Shown here: positions 8,594 to 17,433 of the stretch, in pieces
How the letters are laid out: every line of letters starts with the position of its first letter
How positions within the stretch are numbered: position 1 is the stretch's first letter
From: an uncultured delta proteobacterium
GTDB lineage: Bacteria > Myxococcota > Myxococcia > Myxococcales > Anaeromyxobacteraceae
DNA length: 64,000 nucleotides
Direction of reading: 5' to 3'
Assembly: GCA_963814585.1 (NCBI GenBank)
Contig: CAWFDF010000003.1
Span: 384,001-448,000 of the forward strand
Notes under the pieces: model-generated
The model's input: only the letters and a program-made list of their open reading frames with translations
The model's database searches: none
What the model was told of the DNA's origin: nothing
Position numbers and translations under genes: made by a program

Positions 8594-11407
8594 CTAGTTG
8601 TTCGGGAGGTTTCCGCCCGCGCCGAGCGAGTAGGTCGGGGCCACCGAGTCGGCCGGGACGTCCTCGAACTGCGCCTCCACCGCCGCGTCCGAGCTGGGGA
8701 TCTCGATGGGGAGGCGGGCCGCCCCGTAGGTCCAGCCGGCGATCGGGTTCCTGTTGAAGACGAAGTCGAGGATGGCCCGGTCATAGGCGCCGAAGTCCGC
8801 GACGATCGAGTCCACGCCCACGTGGGCCGTGGGTGTCCCGGTGGTGACCACCGTGGCGTTCACGTTGGCCGGGTTCGACACCAGGGGGTAGCTCCCCGCC
8901 ACGCCCAGGGTCTCGTCGAGCGTGGTGAGCCCGTTGACGAACGGCTTCAGGATGGCCGCCCGGTCGAGGTGGGCCACCAGCACGATCTTGAGGCTCGGGT
9001 TGACCGGCGCGATGACGTTGCCATCGGCCAGGGCGTAACCGTCACGGGCGCGGAACAGGTCGATGACCCGGTTGCGGTCCCTGATGGCGGGGTTGATGGT
9101 GCTGTCGTTCGAGCCGCTCGGGAGCGGACCGTCGAAGGAGAGCGGCACCCCGGCGTCGAGGCCGCTGTACGCTCCCTTGCGCGCCGTGATGCGGACCACC
9201 GCGAGGTCGGCCCCCACCAGCGTGTTGGTGGAGACGATGGGGATGGTGAAGCCGTTGGTCCCGGCCACGCCGCTCCCGGCCACCGCGTAGTTGTAGTCCG
9301 AGAGCATGGCGCTGTACTGGTCCGCGCCCGCCAGCCCGTCGACGACGCCGTCGAAGTAGACCTCGACCGTGCCGTCCTTGTCCGAGTCCGAGCTGAACTC
9401 GTTCAGGTCAGGCGCGCCGGTGGTGCCGCCGGCGACGTCGATGTACCGGGACTGGGAGATGGGCAGGCGGCCGGCGTTGGAGGTGGCGGCGTTCCTGAGC
9501 AGCACCAGGGCCTTCTTCTGGGCGTCGAAGCCGGCCTGCAGGGTCGCCGTGGAGCGGACGGTGGCGGTGGCGACGGCCGGGTCCGCGTAGGGGTTCTCGA
9601 AGAGACCGAGCCTGAAGGTCATCTCGAGGATCTTGGTCGCGGCGCCGTCGATGTCGGCGGTCGTGAGCAGGCCCTGGTCGAAGGCAGCCTGGACGAGGGT
9701 GTGGGAGTCATTGCCGAGCTGGTGCGAGCCGGATCGCACGAACGAGGCCGCCTTCTCGGGTCCGGTGAACATCTCCAGGCCCCAGGCCGAGTTGCCGGCC
9801 GAGCCCCAGTCACCGGTGATCATCCCGTCGAAGCCCAGGGTCTGCTTGAGGTAGGTCTGGATGAGCCGGTCCGAGTGGGAGGCCCCGACCTGCTCGGGAT
9901 CCCACTCCGGGACCTTGAAGATCGAGTAGCAGGGCATGACCGCGGCCGAGCCGGCCGCGATGGCCGCCTTGAACGGGATCTGGTGGTACTCGAACATCCC
10001 GCCCGGGAAGACGTTGAACTTCCCCGGAGCGGAGTGGCTGTCCTTGCCGTCCTCGTCGGCGCCGGCGCCGGGGTAGTGCTTCATGGTGGCGGCGATGCCG
10101 TTGCGAAGCCCGCCGCCACCGCGGCCGCCCTGGAAGCCCTCGATCTCCGCCTTGACGTGCTTGGCGGCGTGGTGGGCGTTCTCGCCGAAGAGGTTCTGGA
10201 CCCGGGCCCAGCGGGGCTCGGTGGCGATGTCGGCCATGGGGCCGAGCTGCCAGCGGAAGCCCATGGCCATGAACTCGGCGCGGATGGTGTTGCCGAAGGC
10301 GAAGGTGGCGTCGGTGTTGTTGATGGCGCCCATGCCGAAGGGCTGCGGCCAGTGGGACACCTGGATGGTGGGGTTGCCGGACCCGTTGTTGCCGCACATC
10401 GTCTGGGCGCCGCTGGTCCCGTTGGTGCACGTGCTGATCGAGTGGACCGGGTCGGCGGTGACCACGAACGGGATGGCGAGGGGCAGCCCCTCGGCGAGCG
10501 CCTGGACGTTGTTGAGGTAGGTGGTGTACTGGGCCGGGGTGATGGTCCCGAGGCGGATGAGCGCCTGGCGGCGATGGTCGACGGAGATCGTGTTGACTGC
10601 CGACTGGATGTTGCCGCTGGCCGTGCCGCTGCCGATGCTGCTGCTCTCGGACATGAGGCCGACCTTCTGGGGAATGCCCATCTGCTTCACGAGGTTCTGG
10701 GCACGGCAGATCTCGAGGAGCCGCCAGTCCTCGTACGGGTCAAGGCTGCCGTTCTTGTTGAGGTCACGGAACTTGAGGCCGTCCACGGTGAGCTCGGTGA
10801 CCGCGGTGTAGGGCACGTCGGTGACCCCGGTGCCCGGGTTGTAGGTGTACGGCACGCCGCCGTTGAGGGGCTGGCCGCCATACGCCGCGGCGTAGCCGAG
10901 CACCGGCTGCTGCGTGTAGACGATGGCGTTGCAGTCCGCGACCGTCGGAGGCTGCGGCGGGACCATGGCGCTCAGGATGCAGCCGCCGCCGTAGCAGGAC
11001 CAGCCGGTGGGGCAGAAGCCGGCCTGGTTGGTGGAGCTGCAGATGTCGGCATCCGGGACGCAGCCGCCCATGAAGCAGGACTCGCCGGCGACGGCGCAGG
11101 CGCCGTTCGGCTCGGAGGTGCTGCACGCCACGGGGGTCGGCACGGCCGACTCGAGAATGCAGCCGCCCCCGAAGCAGGCGAAGCCTGCGGGGCAGGTGCC
11201 GCTCGAGTTGGTCGCGCTGCAGAGGCTGGCCGAGGCCACGCAGGTGCCCTGGAAGCAGGACTGGCCCGAGGCGCAGGTGCCGCTGGTGTAAGAGGGGCTG
11301 CAGGCCGGGATCTCGTTGGTGACCGTGGTGGTGTCGGTCCCGGAACAGGCGGTTCCCAGCAGAACCAGGGCTACGGCGGCTGGAAGGATCCTTCGGAAAG
11401 CCTTCAC
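8594..11407 (-). CDS. GH3 beta-glucosidase lipoprotein with N-terminal Cys-rich repeats
   Basis: Lipobox LGTAC; FRDLNKNGSLDPYEDW, ADPVH, ATEPRWAR, MKHYPG, MPCYS and nucleophile ITGDW all intact. Confidence 0.92.
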   Translation of the reverse strand: MKAFRRILPAAVALVLLGTACSGTDTTTVTNEIPACSPSYTSGTCASGQSCFQGTCVASASLCSATNSSGTCPAGFACFGGGCILESAVPTPVACSTSEPNGACAVAGESCFMGGCVPDADICSSTNQAGFCPTGWSCYGGGCILSAMVPPQPPTVADCNAIVYTQQPVLGYAAAYGGQPLNGGVPYTYNPGTGVTDVPYTAVTELTVDGLKFRDLNKNGSLDPYEDWRLLEICRAQNLVKQMGIPQKVGLMSESSSIGSGTASGNIQSAVNTISVDHRRQALIRLGTITPAQYTTYLNNVQALAEGLPLAIPFVVTADPVHSISTCTNGTSGAQTMCGNNGSGNPTIQVSHWPQPFGMGAINNTDATFAFGNTIRAEFMAMGFRWQLGPMADIATEPRWARVQNLFGENAHHAAKHVKAEIEGFQGGRGGGGLRNGIAATMKHYPGAGADEDGKDSHSAPGKFNVFPGGMFEYHQIPFKAAIAAGSAAVMPCYSIFKVPEWDPEQVGASHSDRLIQTYLKQTLGFDGMITGDWGSAGNSAWGLEMFTGPEKAASFVRSGSHQLGNDSHTLVQAAFDQGLLTTADIDGAATKILEMTFRLGLFENPYADPAVATATVRSTATLQAGFDAQKKALVLLRNAATSNAGRLPISQSRYIDVAGGTTGAPDLNEFSSDSDKDGTVEVYFDGVVDGLAGADQYSAMLSDYNYAVAGSGVAGTNGFTIPIVSTNTLVGADLAVVRITARKGAYSGLDAGVPLSFDGPLPSGSNDSTINPAIRDRNRVIDLFRARDGYALADGNVIAPVNPSLKIVLVAHLDRAAILKPFVNGLTTLDETLGVAGSYPLVSNPANVNATVVTTGTPTAHVGVDSIVADFGAYDRAILDFVFNRNPIAGWTYGAARLPIEIPSSDAAVEAQFEDVPADSVAPTYSLGAGGNLPNN
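10975..11305 (-). repeat. Four tandem 4-Cys protein repeats in the GH3 N-terminus
   Basis: CSPSYTSGTCASGQSCFQGTC / CSATNSSGTCPAGFACFGGGC / CSTSEPNGACAVAGESCFMGGC / CSSTNQAGFCPTGWSCYGGGC. Confidence 0.85.
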
Positions 11408-11520
11408 GACGACCTCCTCGATGACTGTGGGTACGAGACGCTCCTGCGGGTTGAGAGACGGGCGAGGGCACGGCGCTGCTCAGAGTCGCAGCACACGATG
11501 CCCGGGTGCTGCGCGGTGCG

Positions 11521-11556
11521 CTTCCGTGTTCTTGCCTCCGACTTGTGCGTTCTTGC
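11521..11556 (-). promoter_or_regulatory. Candidate AraC-family operator: GCAAGAAC-N4-AAG direct repeat with 21-bp period
   Basis: Minus strand GCAAGAACGCACAAG...GCAAGAACACGGAAG, about 115-150 bp upstream of the first GH3 gene and adjacent to the divergent AraC gene. Confidence 0.55.
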
Positions 11557-11775
11557 GGCTGGGCCGAAGGGCATGCGCGATGGCGCGCCGCGCCTTCCAG
11601 CGCGCCGCGCCCACCGGTCACACCCATGGCGGCAACGGGCCGCAGAGCGCGGTCGACACCTGGAGTGCCACGTGCTTCCCGGGCCCTGGCCTGGCCTTCC
11701 TCGTCTTTTCGGGCTGGTGGGGTGCGGACTCGTGCCGCAGTGCGCGACGGAAGCCCCACAGTCCAATTGTCACAC

Positions 11776-11807
11776 CCCGTACAGGCTCCTCCCGTACAGG
11801 CTCCTCC
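11776..11807 (+). repeat. Perfect 15-bp tandem duplication CCCGTACAGGCTCCT x2
   Basis: 11776-11790 is identical to 11791-11805; lies about 40 bp upstream of the AraC start. Confidence 0.9.
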
Positions 11808-11844
11808 TTGTCGGTCGTCGAAGCCATGGGCTACGTTCCGCGCG

Positions 11845-12750
11845 ATGGGAATGACGACGCAGCTGGCAGGGCTCCTGCCGAGGGTCTCCGGCGACGGATC
11901 GGTGCGTGGCCTGGCCGACCTGCCAGGAGCCCGGGCCGCCTTCGCGCGGGACTGGGGCGGCGTCCGGGCGATCCAGCTCCACCTCGACCCGCAGGACGTT
12001 CCCGAGGGCTACCTGCTCAGCAACCTGGTCTCCATGAACCTCGGCCGGGAGTCGCTCTGTGACTCCAGCATCGAGGGGCGCGGCTGGCAGACCTACCGCA
12101 CCCCGCACCACGGGGTGACGGTCATCCCGGCCGGCCTGCCCTTCGCCACCCGGGCCAGGGAGGGCAGTGACTACCTTCTCGTCGAGCTGCTGCCCGAGTT
12201 CGTGTCGCGGGTCCTCGGCGCCGGGGGCGGGGAGAGCGTGCTGCCGACCGTGCTCGGCGTCCGGGACACCTTCGCCGAGCACGTGCTGCTGGCGCTGGCC
12301 GAGGAGGGGCGTCGCGAGACCCAGTCGACGGTCCTGGCCGAGAGCCTCGGGACCGCGCTGGTCACCCACCTCGCGGAGCGCCGGGTGGTCGCCGCCCCGG
12401 CCCCGCCCCCGCCGGCCATGCCGTCGCTCCCCAGCCACACGCTCCGCAGCGTCCTGGAGTTCGTGTCAAGGAACCTCGATACGCCGCTCTCGCTGGAGCG
12501 GCTCGCGGCGGTGGCCGGCATGGACCTGTACCGCTTCGCGCGCGCCTTCAAGCAGAGCACCGGGTCGTCGCCCCACCACTACGTGCTGGAGACGCGCATC
12601 CTGCGGGCCAAGGAGCTGCTGCGCGATCGGGCCATCTCGATCACCGAGATCGCCTACCGGACCGGCTTCGCCAGCCCCAGCCACTTCTCGGTGACCTTCC
12701 GGCGGATCACCAAGGTGGCGCCGCGCGCCTTCCGCGACGGCGCGGAGTAG
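11845..12750 (+). CDS. AraC/XylS-family transcriptional regulator
   Basis: C-terminal double HTH: LSLERLAAVAGMDLYRFARAFKQSTGSSP...ISITEIAYRTGFASPSHFSVTFRR. Start is 11845 or 11851; the ORF-track extension is probably non-coding. Confidence 0.93.
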   Translation: MGMTTQLAGLLPRVSGDGSVRGLADLPGARAAFARDWGGVRAIQLHLDPQDVPEGYLLSNLVSMNLGRESLCDSSIEGRGWQTYRTPHHGVTVIPAGLPFATRAREGSDYLLVELLPEFVSRVLGAGGGESVLPTVLGVRDTFAEHVLLALAEEGRRETQSTVLAESLGTALVTHLAERRVVAAPAPPPPAMPSLPSHTLRSVLEFVSRNLDTPLSLERLAAVAGMDLYRFARAFKQSTGSSPHHYVLETRILRAKELLRDRAISITEIAYRTGFASPSHFSVTFRRITKVAPRAFRDGAE

Positions 12751-12767
12751 GTCCAGGCCGCTTCGCC

Positions 12768-13469
12768 TCAGGGCCCGACCAGCCGGAGCACCAGCTCCAG
12801 GCCGTGCTCGACCCCGTGGGTGCGGGGCAGGAGCAGCGTGCGGATGCCGAGGCGGGCCGCGCCGGCGTCATCGGTGGCGTTGTCGCCGACCATGAGCGCG
12901 CGGGCGGGCGGGACGCCCAGCGCCTCCAGGGCCCGCTGGAAGATCGGGCCGTGGGGCTTCACCGCGCCGACCTCGAAGGAGAGGATGACCGCGTCGAAGA
13001 GGTCTCCCATCCCGCTGCGCTCCAGCACGCCCCGCACGTCGACACCCACGTTGGAGATGAGGGCCAGCTTGAGGCCGCGTGCCTTGAGCGCCCGCAGGGT
13101 GGGCAGCGCGTCGTCGTAGGGAATCCAGGTCTCCAGCATGACCTCGTAGAGCGCCTGGGCCAGCTGGTCGTCCACCTCGGGGACCCGTTCCATCAGCGCG
13201 TCGTAGACCTCCCGGTGGCGCCTGGGCGACAGGTCGCGCTCGTTGTGCGGATCGACCTCGAGAACGTGCTCCCAGATGCGGTCCACCCAGGCCGCCAGCC
13301 GCCCGGCGCGCTCCGGCCCCAGCGAGTCCTGCACCGTCCCGGCGCGCCCGGCGTGCCGCCAGGCCAGCTCCAGCCAGGCGCGAGGGTCTCCCTGATCCAC
13401 CAGCGTGGAGTGGAAGTCGAAGAGCACGGCCTCGATGGCGTCCGGCGTGTCGAGCGAGCGCAGGGTCAT
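12768..13469 (-). CDS. HAD-superfamily hydrolase (subfamily IA)
   Basis: AVLFDFHSTL, LALISN, GAVKPH, MVGDNATDDAGA. Confidence 0.88.
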   Translation of the reverse strand: MTLRSLDTPDAIEAVLFDFHSTLVDQGDPRAWLELAWRHAGRAGTVQDSLGPERAGRLAAWVDRIWEHVLEVDPHNERDLSPRRHREVYDALMERVPEVDDQLAQALYEVMLETWIPYDDALPTLRALKARGLKLALISNVGVDVRGVLERSGMGDLFDAVILSFEVGAVKPHGPIFQRALEALGVPPARALMVGDNATDDAGAARLGIRTLLLPRTHGVEHGLELVLRLVGP

Positions 13470-13485
13470 CCGTCACCTCGCCCGC

Positions 13486-14076
13486 CTACGGCGACATCCC
13501 CGGCCCCCAGGCCATCTCCCACTGCCTCCCGGGCCTCGCGCTCGGTGCGGAGACGATGGTCCGCTCCAGCGCGCCCTGCACGCAGCGCGCCGCGTTCTCG
13601 TCGAGGGCGACCGGGTCCGCGCCGCTGGCCTCCTCGGTCCCGGCGCCGGCCGGCTCCACCCGCACCTCCAGCACCCGCACCCGCTGGTCCAGGGTCTCGA
13701 GGGTGAGGAAGAGGGTGGCGTCACGCAGCCGGCAGGCCTCGATGCGGCCGTCGAGATCCTTCAGCCCGGCGAAGACCTCCCGGCGCAGGGGCTCGAGCGC
13801 CTCGAGCCGCTCGCGAGGGTCCAGCGGCAGATCGGGCGGCCTCGGCGCCTCCACCGCTGGCCGGGGCGGCGGCGGGAGAGGCCGGGCCTCGCGGACCGGC
13901 TCCGGCGCGGGCGGAGCCGCGACGGGTGGCGGCTCGGAGGGCGCTGCGCGAGGAGCTTCGACGGGTGCCGGCCGGGTCGGCCGGGTCGGCTCCGGCCACA
14001 GCACGTAGAGCGAGCCGGCCGTGAAGAGGATCGCGACTCCACCCAGTCCAAGCTGGCGCCAATGCCCGGTGGTCAC
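13486..14076 (-). CDS. Hypothetical single-pass membrane protein with Pro-rich linker and Cys-pair C-terminal domain
   Basis: GTG 14076 after GGGAGGGG; TM LGLGGVAILFTAGSLYVLW; Pro-rich stretch; IEAC...ARCVQGAL. Confidence 0.6.
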   Translation of the reverse strand: MTTGHWRQLGLGGVAILFTAGSLYVLWPEPTRPTRPAPVEAPRAAPSEPPPVAAPPAPEPVREARPLPPPPRPAVEAPRPPDLPLDPRERLEALEPLRREVFAGLKDLDGRIEACRLRDATLFLTLETLDQRVRVLEVRVEPAGAGTEEASGADPVALDENAARCVQGALERTIVSAPSARPGRQWEMAWGPGMSP

Positions 14077-14209
14077 GTCCCCTCCCCTTCCCACATCGAG
14101 AATCGGCCCAGCGCTCGCCGGCCCCCAGCACCGACGGTGGCGAAGGTACGCTCGCCTCGCCCCGTTGCCAACCGCTCCGGACACCGCTCCGGCGGTCGCT
14201 GAACGGACG

Positions 14210-14362
14210 GCTGACCAAGAACTTCACGGCGTCGCCGTTGAAGCCGATCTGCAGCTCCAGGTCCAGCTCGCGGATGGCCTCGAGCGCCGTGGCGGCCTCC
14301 ATCCGGCCGTGGCTGGTGCGGGTGCCGTCGAGGTCGGTGGCCAGGATTCGGCGGGTTCCCAC
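14210..14362 (-). pseudogene. Internally deleted remnant of a HAD-IIB (Cof-like) hydrolase
   Basis: Translation RRILATDLDGTRTSHGRMEAAT|ALEAIRELDLELQIGFNGDAVKFL joins HAD motif I directly to a segment that, from recall, lies about 90 aa further on in this family. Confidence 0.55.
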
Positions 14363-14392
14363 AGGACGTGAGAGGCTTCGGCGGGAGGGACG

Positions 14393-15622
14393 ATGGCCGG
14401 CGAGGACCCGGAGGACGGGAAGACGAGGGCGCACCGGCCCGGCGCGCTGGATCCGCGGCTGCCGCCCACCGTGGTGGGCCTCGGGCTGGTGAGCCTGCTC
14501 ACCGACGCCTCGAGCGAGGCCATCTTCCCGCTCCTCCCGGCCTTCCTGGCGACGCTGGGCGCCTCCAACGCCTTCATCGGCCTGGTCGAGGGCGCCGCCG
14601 AGCTGGTCGCCAACGTCCTCAAGTACCTGGTCGGCCTGGCCGCCGATCGACGAACGCGCCTGAAGCCGCTGGTGCTCCTCGGCTACGGGGTCTCGACCAT
14701 GGCCCGGCCACTCATGGCCCTCGCGGCCCTGCCCTGGCACGTGCTCGCGGTGCGCCTGCTCGACCGGGTGGGCAAGGGCGTCCGCACCAGCCCGCGCGAC
14801 GCCCTCATCGCTGGCGCGACCTCGCCAGCCATCCGGGGGAGGGCCTTCGGCTTCCACCGCGCCATGGATCACGCCGGCGCGGCGCTCGGCACGCTGCTCG
14901 GGGCCGGGCTCCTCTGGTGGCTGGGCGCGGGCGGCAACCAGCCGGCCAGCGGCGAGCAGCTTCGCACCGTCTTCCTCTGGGCGGCCGTGCCCGGCGGGCT
15001 GGCGATGGTCGCCCTGGCCCTCACCCGCGAGCCACCGCGACCGCCGCCGGCCGCGGGACCGCCGTCCGCCTCGGGTCACATGCCGCCGGCGTTGCGGCGC
15101 GCGCTGCTCCCCCTCGGGCTCTTCGCCTTCGCCAACGCCACCGACGCCTTCATCCTGGTGAAGCTGGCGCGGATGGGCGCGCCGACCGTCCTCGCCCCGC
15201 TCCTCTGGCTCGCGCTCCACGTCATCAAGGCCGGGACCGCCACGGCCGGCGGGCGCCTCGCCGACCGGCACGGGCGGCGCAACGCGCTGGCGCTCGGCTG
15301 GACGGTCTACGCGGTCACCTGGTCGGCCGTCGGCCTCGCAGAGACCGTGCCGCTCCTCTTCGTCCTCGCCGCCATCTACGGCACCTCGCACGGCCTCGTG
15401 GAGGGAGCCGAGCGCGCGCTGGTGGCCGACCTCGCGGCCGGGAGCGGCGCCGGGAGGGCCTTCGGCGCCTACAACATGCTGACCGGGTTCAGCGCGCTGG
15501 CAGCCAGCACGGCCTTCGGCCTGGCCTGGGACCGCCTCGGCGGTGCGGTCGCCTTCGCCGGCTCGGGCGCCGTCGCGCTGGTCGCGGCGGTGGCGCTGCT
15601 GGCGCTGGTGCCGCGGCGCTGA
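14393..15622 (+). CDS. MFS transporter
   Basis: About 12 hydrophobic helices; VSLLTDASSE, DRVGKGVRTSPRDALI, GRAFGFHRAMDHAGA, GRLADRHGRR. Confidence 0.92.
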   Translation: MAGEDPEDGKTRAHRPGALDPRLPPTVVGLGLVSLLTDASSEAIFPLLPAFLATLGASNAFIGLVEGAAELVANVLKYLVGLAADRRTRLKPLVLLGYGVSTMARPLMALAALPWHVLAVRLLDRVGKGVRTSPRDALIAGATSPAIRGRAFGFHRAMDHAGAALGTLLGAGLLWWLGAGGNQPASGEQLRTVFLWAAVPGGLAMVALALTREPPRPPPAAGPPSASGHMPPALRRALLPLGLFAFANATDAFILVKLARMGAPTVLAPLLWLALHVIKAGTATAGGRLADRHGRRNALALGWTVYAVTWSAVGLAETVPLLFVLAAIYGTSHGLVEGAERALVADLAAGSGAGRAFGAYNMLTGFSALAASTAFGLAWDRLGGAVAFAGSGAVALVAAVALLALVPRR

Positions 15623-15640
15623 AGGCCGGCGCGCCGGGGC

Positions 15641-17251
15641 TCACATCTCCGGCGCCGGCGCGCTGGACTTCGGCTCCGGCAGCTCGGCCAGCGTCGCCTC
15701 GGTGAGGAGCAGCACGCTGGCGACCGAGACGGCGTTCTCCAGGGCCAGCCGCACCACCTTGGTGGCGTCGATGATCCCCTCCTGGACCAGGTCGACCCAG
15801 GTGCCGTGGGCGGCGTCGAAGCCCTGGTTGCCCGCGCCCTCCCGCATCCGCTGCACCACCACCGCGGCGTCGGCGCCGGAGTTCATGGCGATCTGCCGGG
15901 TGGGCACGGTGAGCGCGTGCGCCAGGATGACGAGCCCGGTCCGCTCGTCGCCGCTGCAGGTGGCCGCCTCCCGCTCCAGGGCCTCGACGGCTCGCAGCAG
16001 CACCAGGCCGGCGCCCGGGACGATCCCCTCCGCCACCGCCGCCTTGGTGGCGCTGATGGCGTCCTCGAAGGCCTCCTTGCGGCTCTTCAGCTCGGCCTCG
16101 GTGGGGGCGCCGACGTGGATCACCGCCACCCCACCGGTGAGCTTCCCCAGCCGCTCCTGCAGCTTCTCCTTGTCGTAGTCGCTCTTGGCCTCGCGGATCT
16201 CGCGCCGCAGCTGCTCGGTACGATCGACGATGGCCGTGTGGTCGCCCTTGCCGCCGATGATGGTCGTGGTCTCGCGGGCCACCACCACGCGGCGGGCGCT
16301 CCCCAGGTCGGCCAGACCGAGGGCCTCGAGCTTGGCGCCCAGCTGCTCCGAGACCACCCGCCCGCCGGTGAGCACGGCCAGGTCCTCCAGCAGGTCGCGG
16401 CGCCGGTCCCCGAAGCCCGGCGCCTTGACCGCCGCGCAGGCCAGCGTGGCCCGCAGCTTGTTGACCACCAGCGTGGCCAGCACGTCCCCCTCGACCTCCT
16501 CGGCGACGATGAGGAGCGGCCGGCCGGTCTTGAGGACCTCCTCGAGGATGGGGACGACGTCCTTCATGGCCGCGATGCGGCGGTCGGTGAGCAGGACGAA
16601 GGCGTCCTCCAGGACGCACTCCATCCGCTCGGGGTTGGTGACGAAGTAGGGGGAGAGGTAGCCGCGGTCGAACTGCATCCCCTCCACCACCTCCAGGGTG
16701 GTCTCGGTGCCCTTGGCCTCCTCGACCGAGATGACCCCCTCGCCACCCACCCGCTCCACGGCATCGGCGACCAGGTCGCCCATGGTGGCGTCGTTGTGGG
16801 CGGAGACGGTGGCGACCTGGGCCTTCTCCTTGCGGCTCCCCACCGGCCGCGACTGGGCCTTGAGGCTCGCCACCGCCACGCGGGCGCCGCGATCGAGGCC
16901 GCGCTTCAGGTCGATGGCGCTGGCGCCGGCCGCCACGTTCTTCAGCCCCTCGGCGTAGATGGCGTGAGCCAGCAGGGTGGAGGTGGTGGTGCCGTCGCCC
17001 ACCGTCTGCCCGGTCCGCTCGGCGGCCTGGCGCATCATCCGGGCGCCCAGGTTCTCGGTGGGGTCGTCGAGCTCCAGCTCCTTGGCGATGGTCACCCCGT
17101 CGTTGCAGACGATGGGCTCGCCCCAGCGCTTGTCGATGAGGACGCACTTGGACTTCGGCCCCAGGGTCACGCGCACGGCGTTGGCGAGCTTGCTGGCGCC
17201 CCGCAGCACGGCGTCGCGCGCCTCGTCCGCGAAGAGCAGTTGGCGCTTCAT
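15641..17251 (-). CDS. groL: Chaperonin GroEL (no adjacent groES, no GGM tail)
   Basis: VTLGPK, NDGVTIAKE, GDGTTT, EGMQFDRGYLSPYF, KAPGFGDRR, EKLQERLGKLTGGVAVI; start MKRQLLF at 17251. Confidence 0.97.
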   Translation of the reverse strand: MKRQLLFADEARDAVLRGASKLANAVRVTLGPKSKCVLIDKRWGEPIVCNDGVTIAKELELDDPTENLGARMMRQAAERTGQTVGDGTTTSTLLAHAIYAEGLKNVAAGASAIDLKRGLDRGARVAVASLKAQSRPVGSRKEKAQVATVSAHNDATMGDLVADAVERVGGEGVISVEEAKGTETTLEVVEGMQFDRGYLSPYFVTNPERMECVLEDAFVLLTDRRIAAMKDVVPILEEVLKTGRPLLIVAEEVEGDVLATLVVNKLRATLACAAVKAPGFGDRRRDLLEDLAVLTGGRVVSEQLGAKLEALGLADLGSARRVVVARETTTIIGGKGDHTAIVDRTEQLRREIREAKSDYDKEKLQERLGKLTGGVAVIHVGAPTEAELKSRKEAFEDAISATKAAVAEGIVPGAGLVLLRAVEALEREAATCSGDERTGLVILAHALTVPTRQIAMNSGADAAVVVQRMREGAGNQGFDAAHGTWVDLVQEGIIDATKVVRLALENAVSVASVLLLTEATLAELPEPKSSAPAPEM

Positions 17252-17433
17252 GGACAGAGCTTGAGCCAACCCGCGGCGGCGAGCGTGGTGAAGGCGGGTT
17301 CGCGCCTTGGTGTCGGACCTCTCCGCGCGCGTCAGCGCGCCGCGCCGCCATCGGGTGGCGGTTCGGACTCCCCGGCGGCGCGCACCTCGTGGTACGGGTG
17401 GCGTCGGGGGCGGCTGGAGGCCGCGCGAGCTGC

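Noticed and set aside
7133..11854. Very long plus-strand ORFs (1573 aa here; also 206-2260, 3314-6523 and 46251-49574)
   Set aside because: Antisense shadows of motif-bearing minus-strand genes. Stop codons are rare at this GC content and the translations carry no recognisable motifs.
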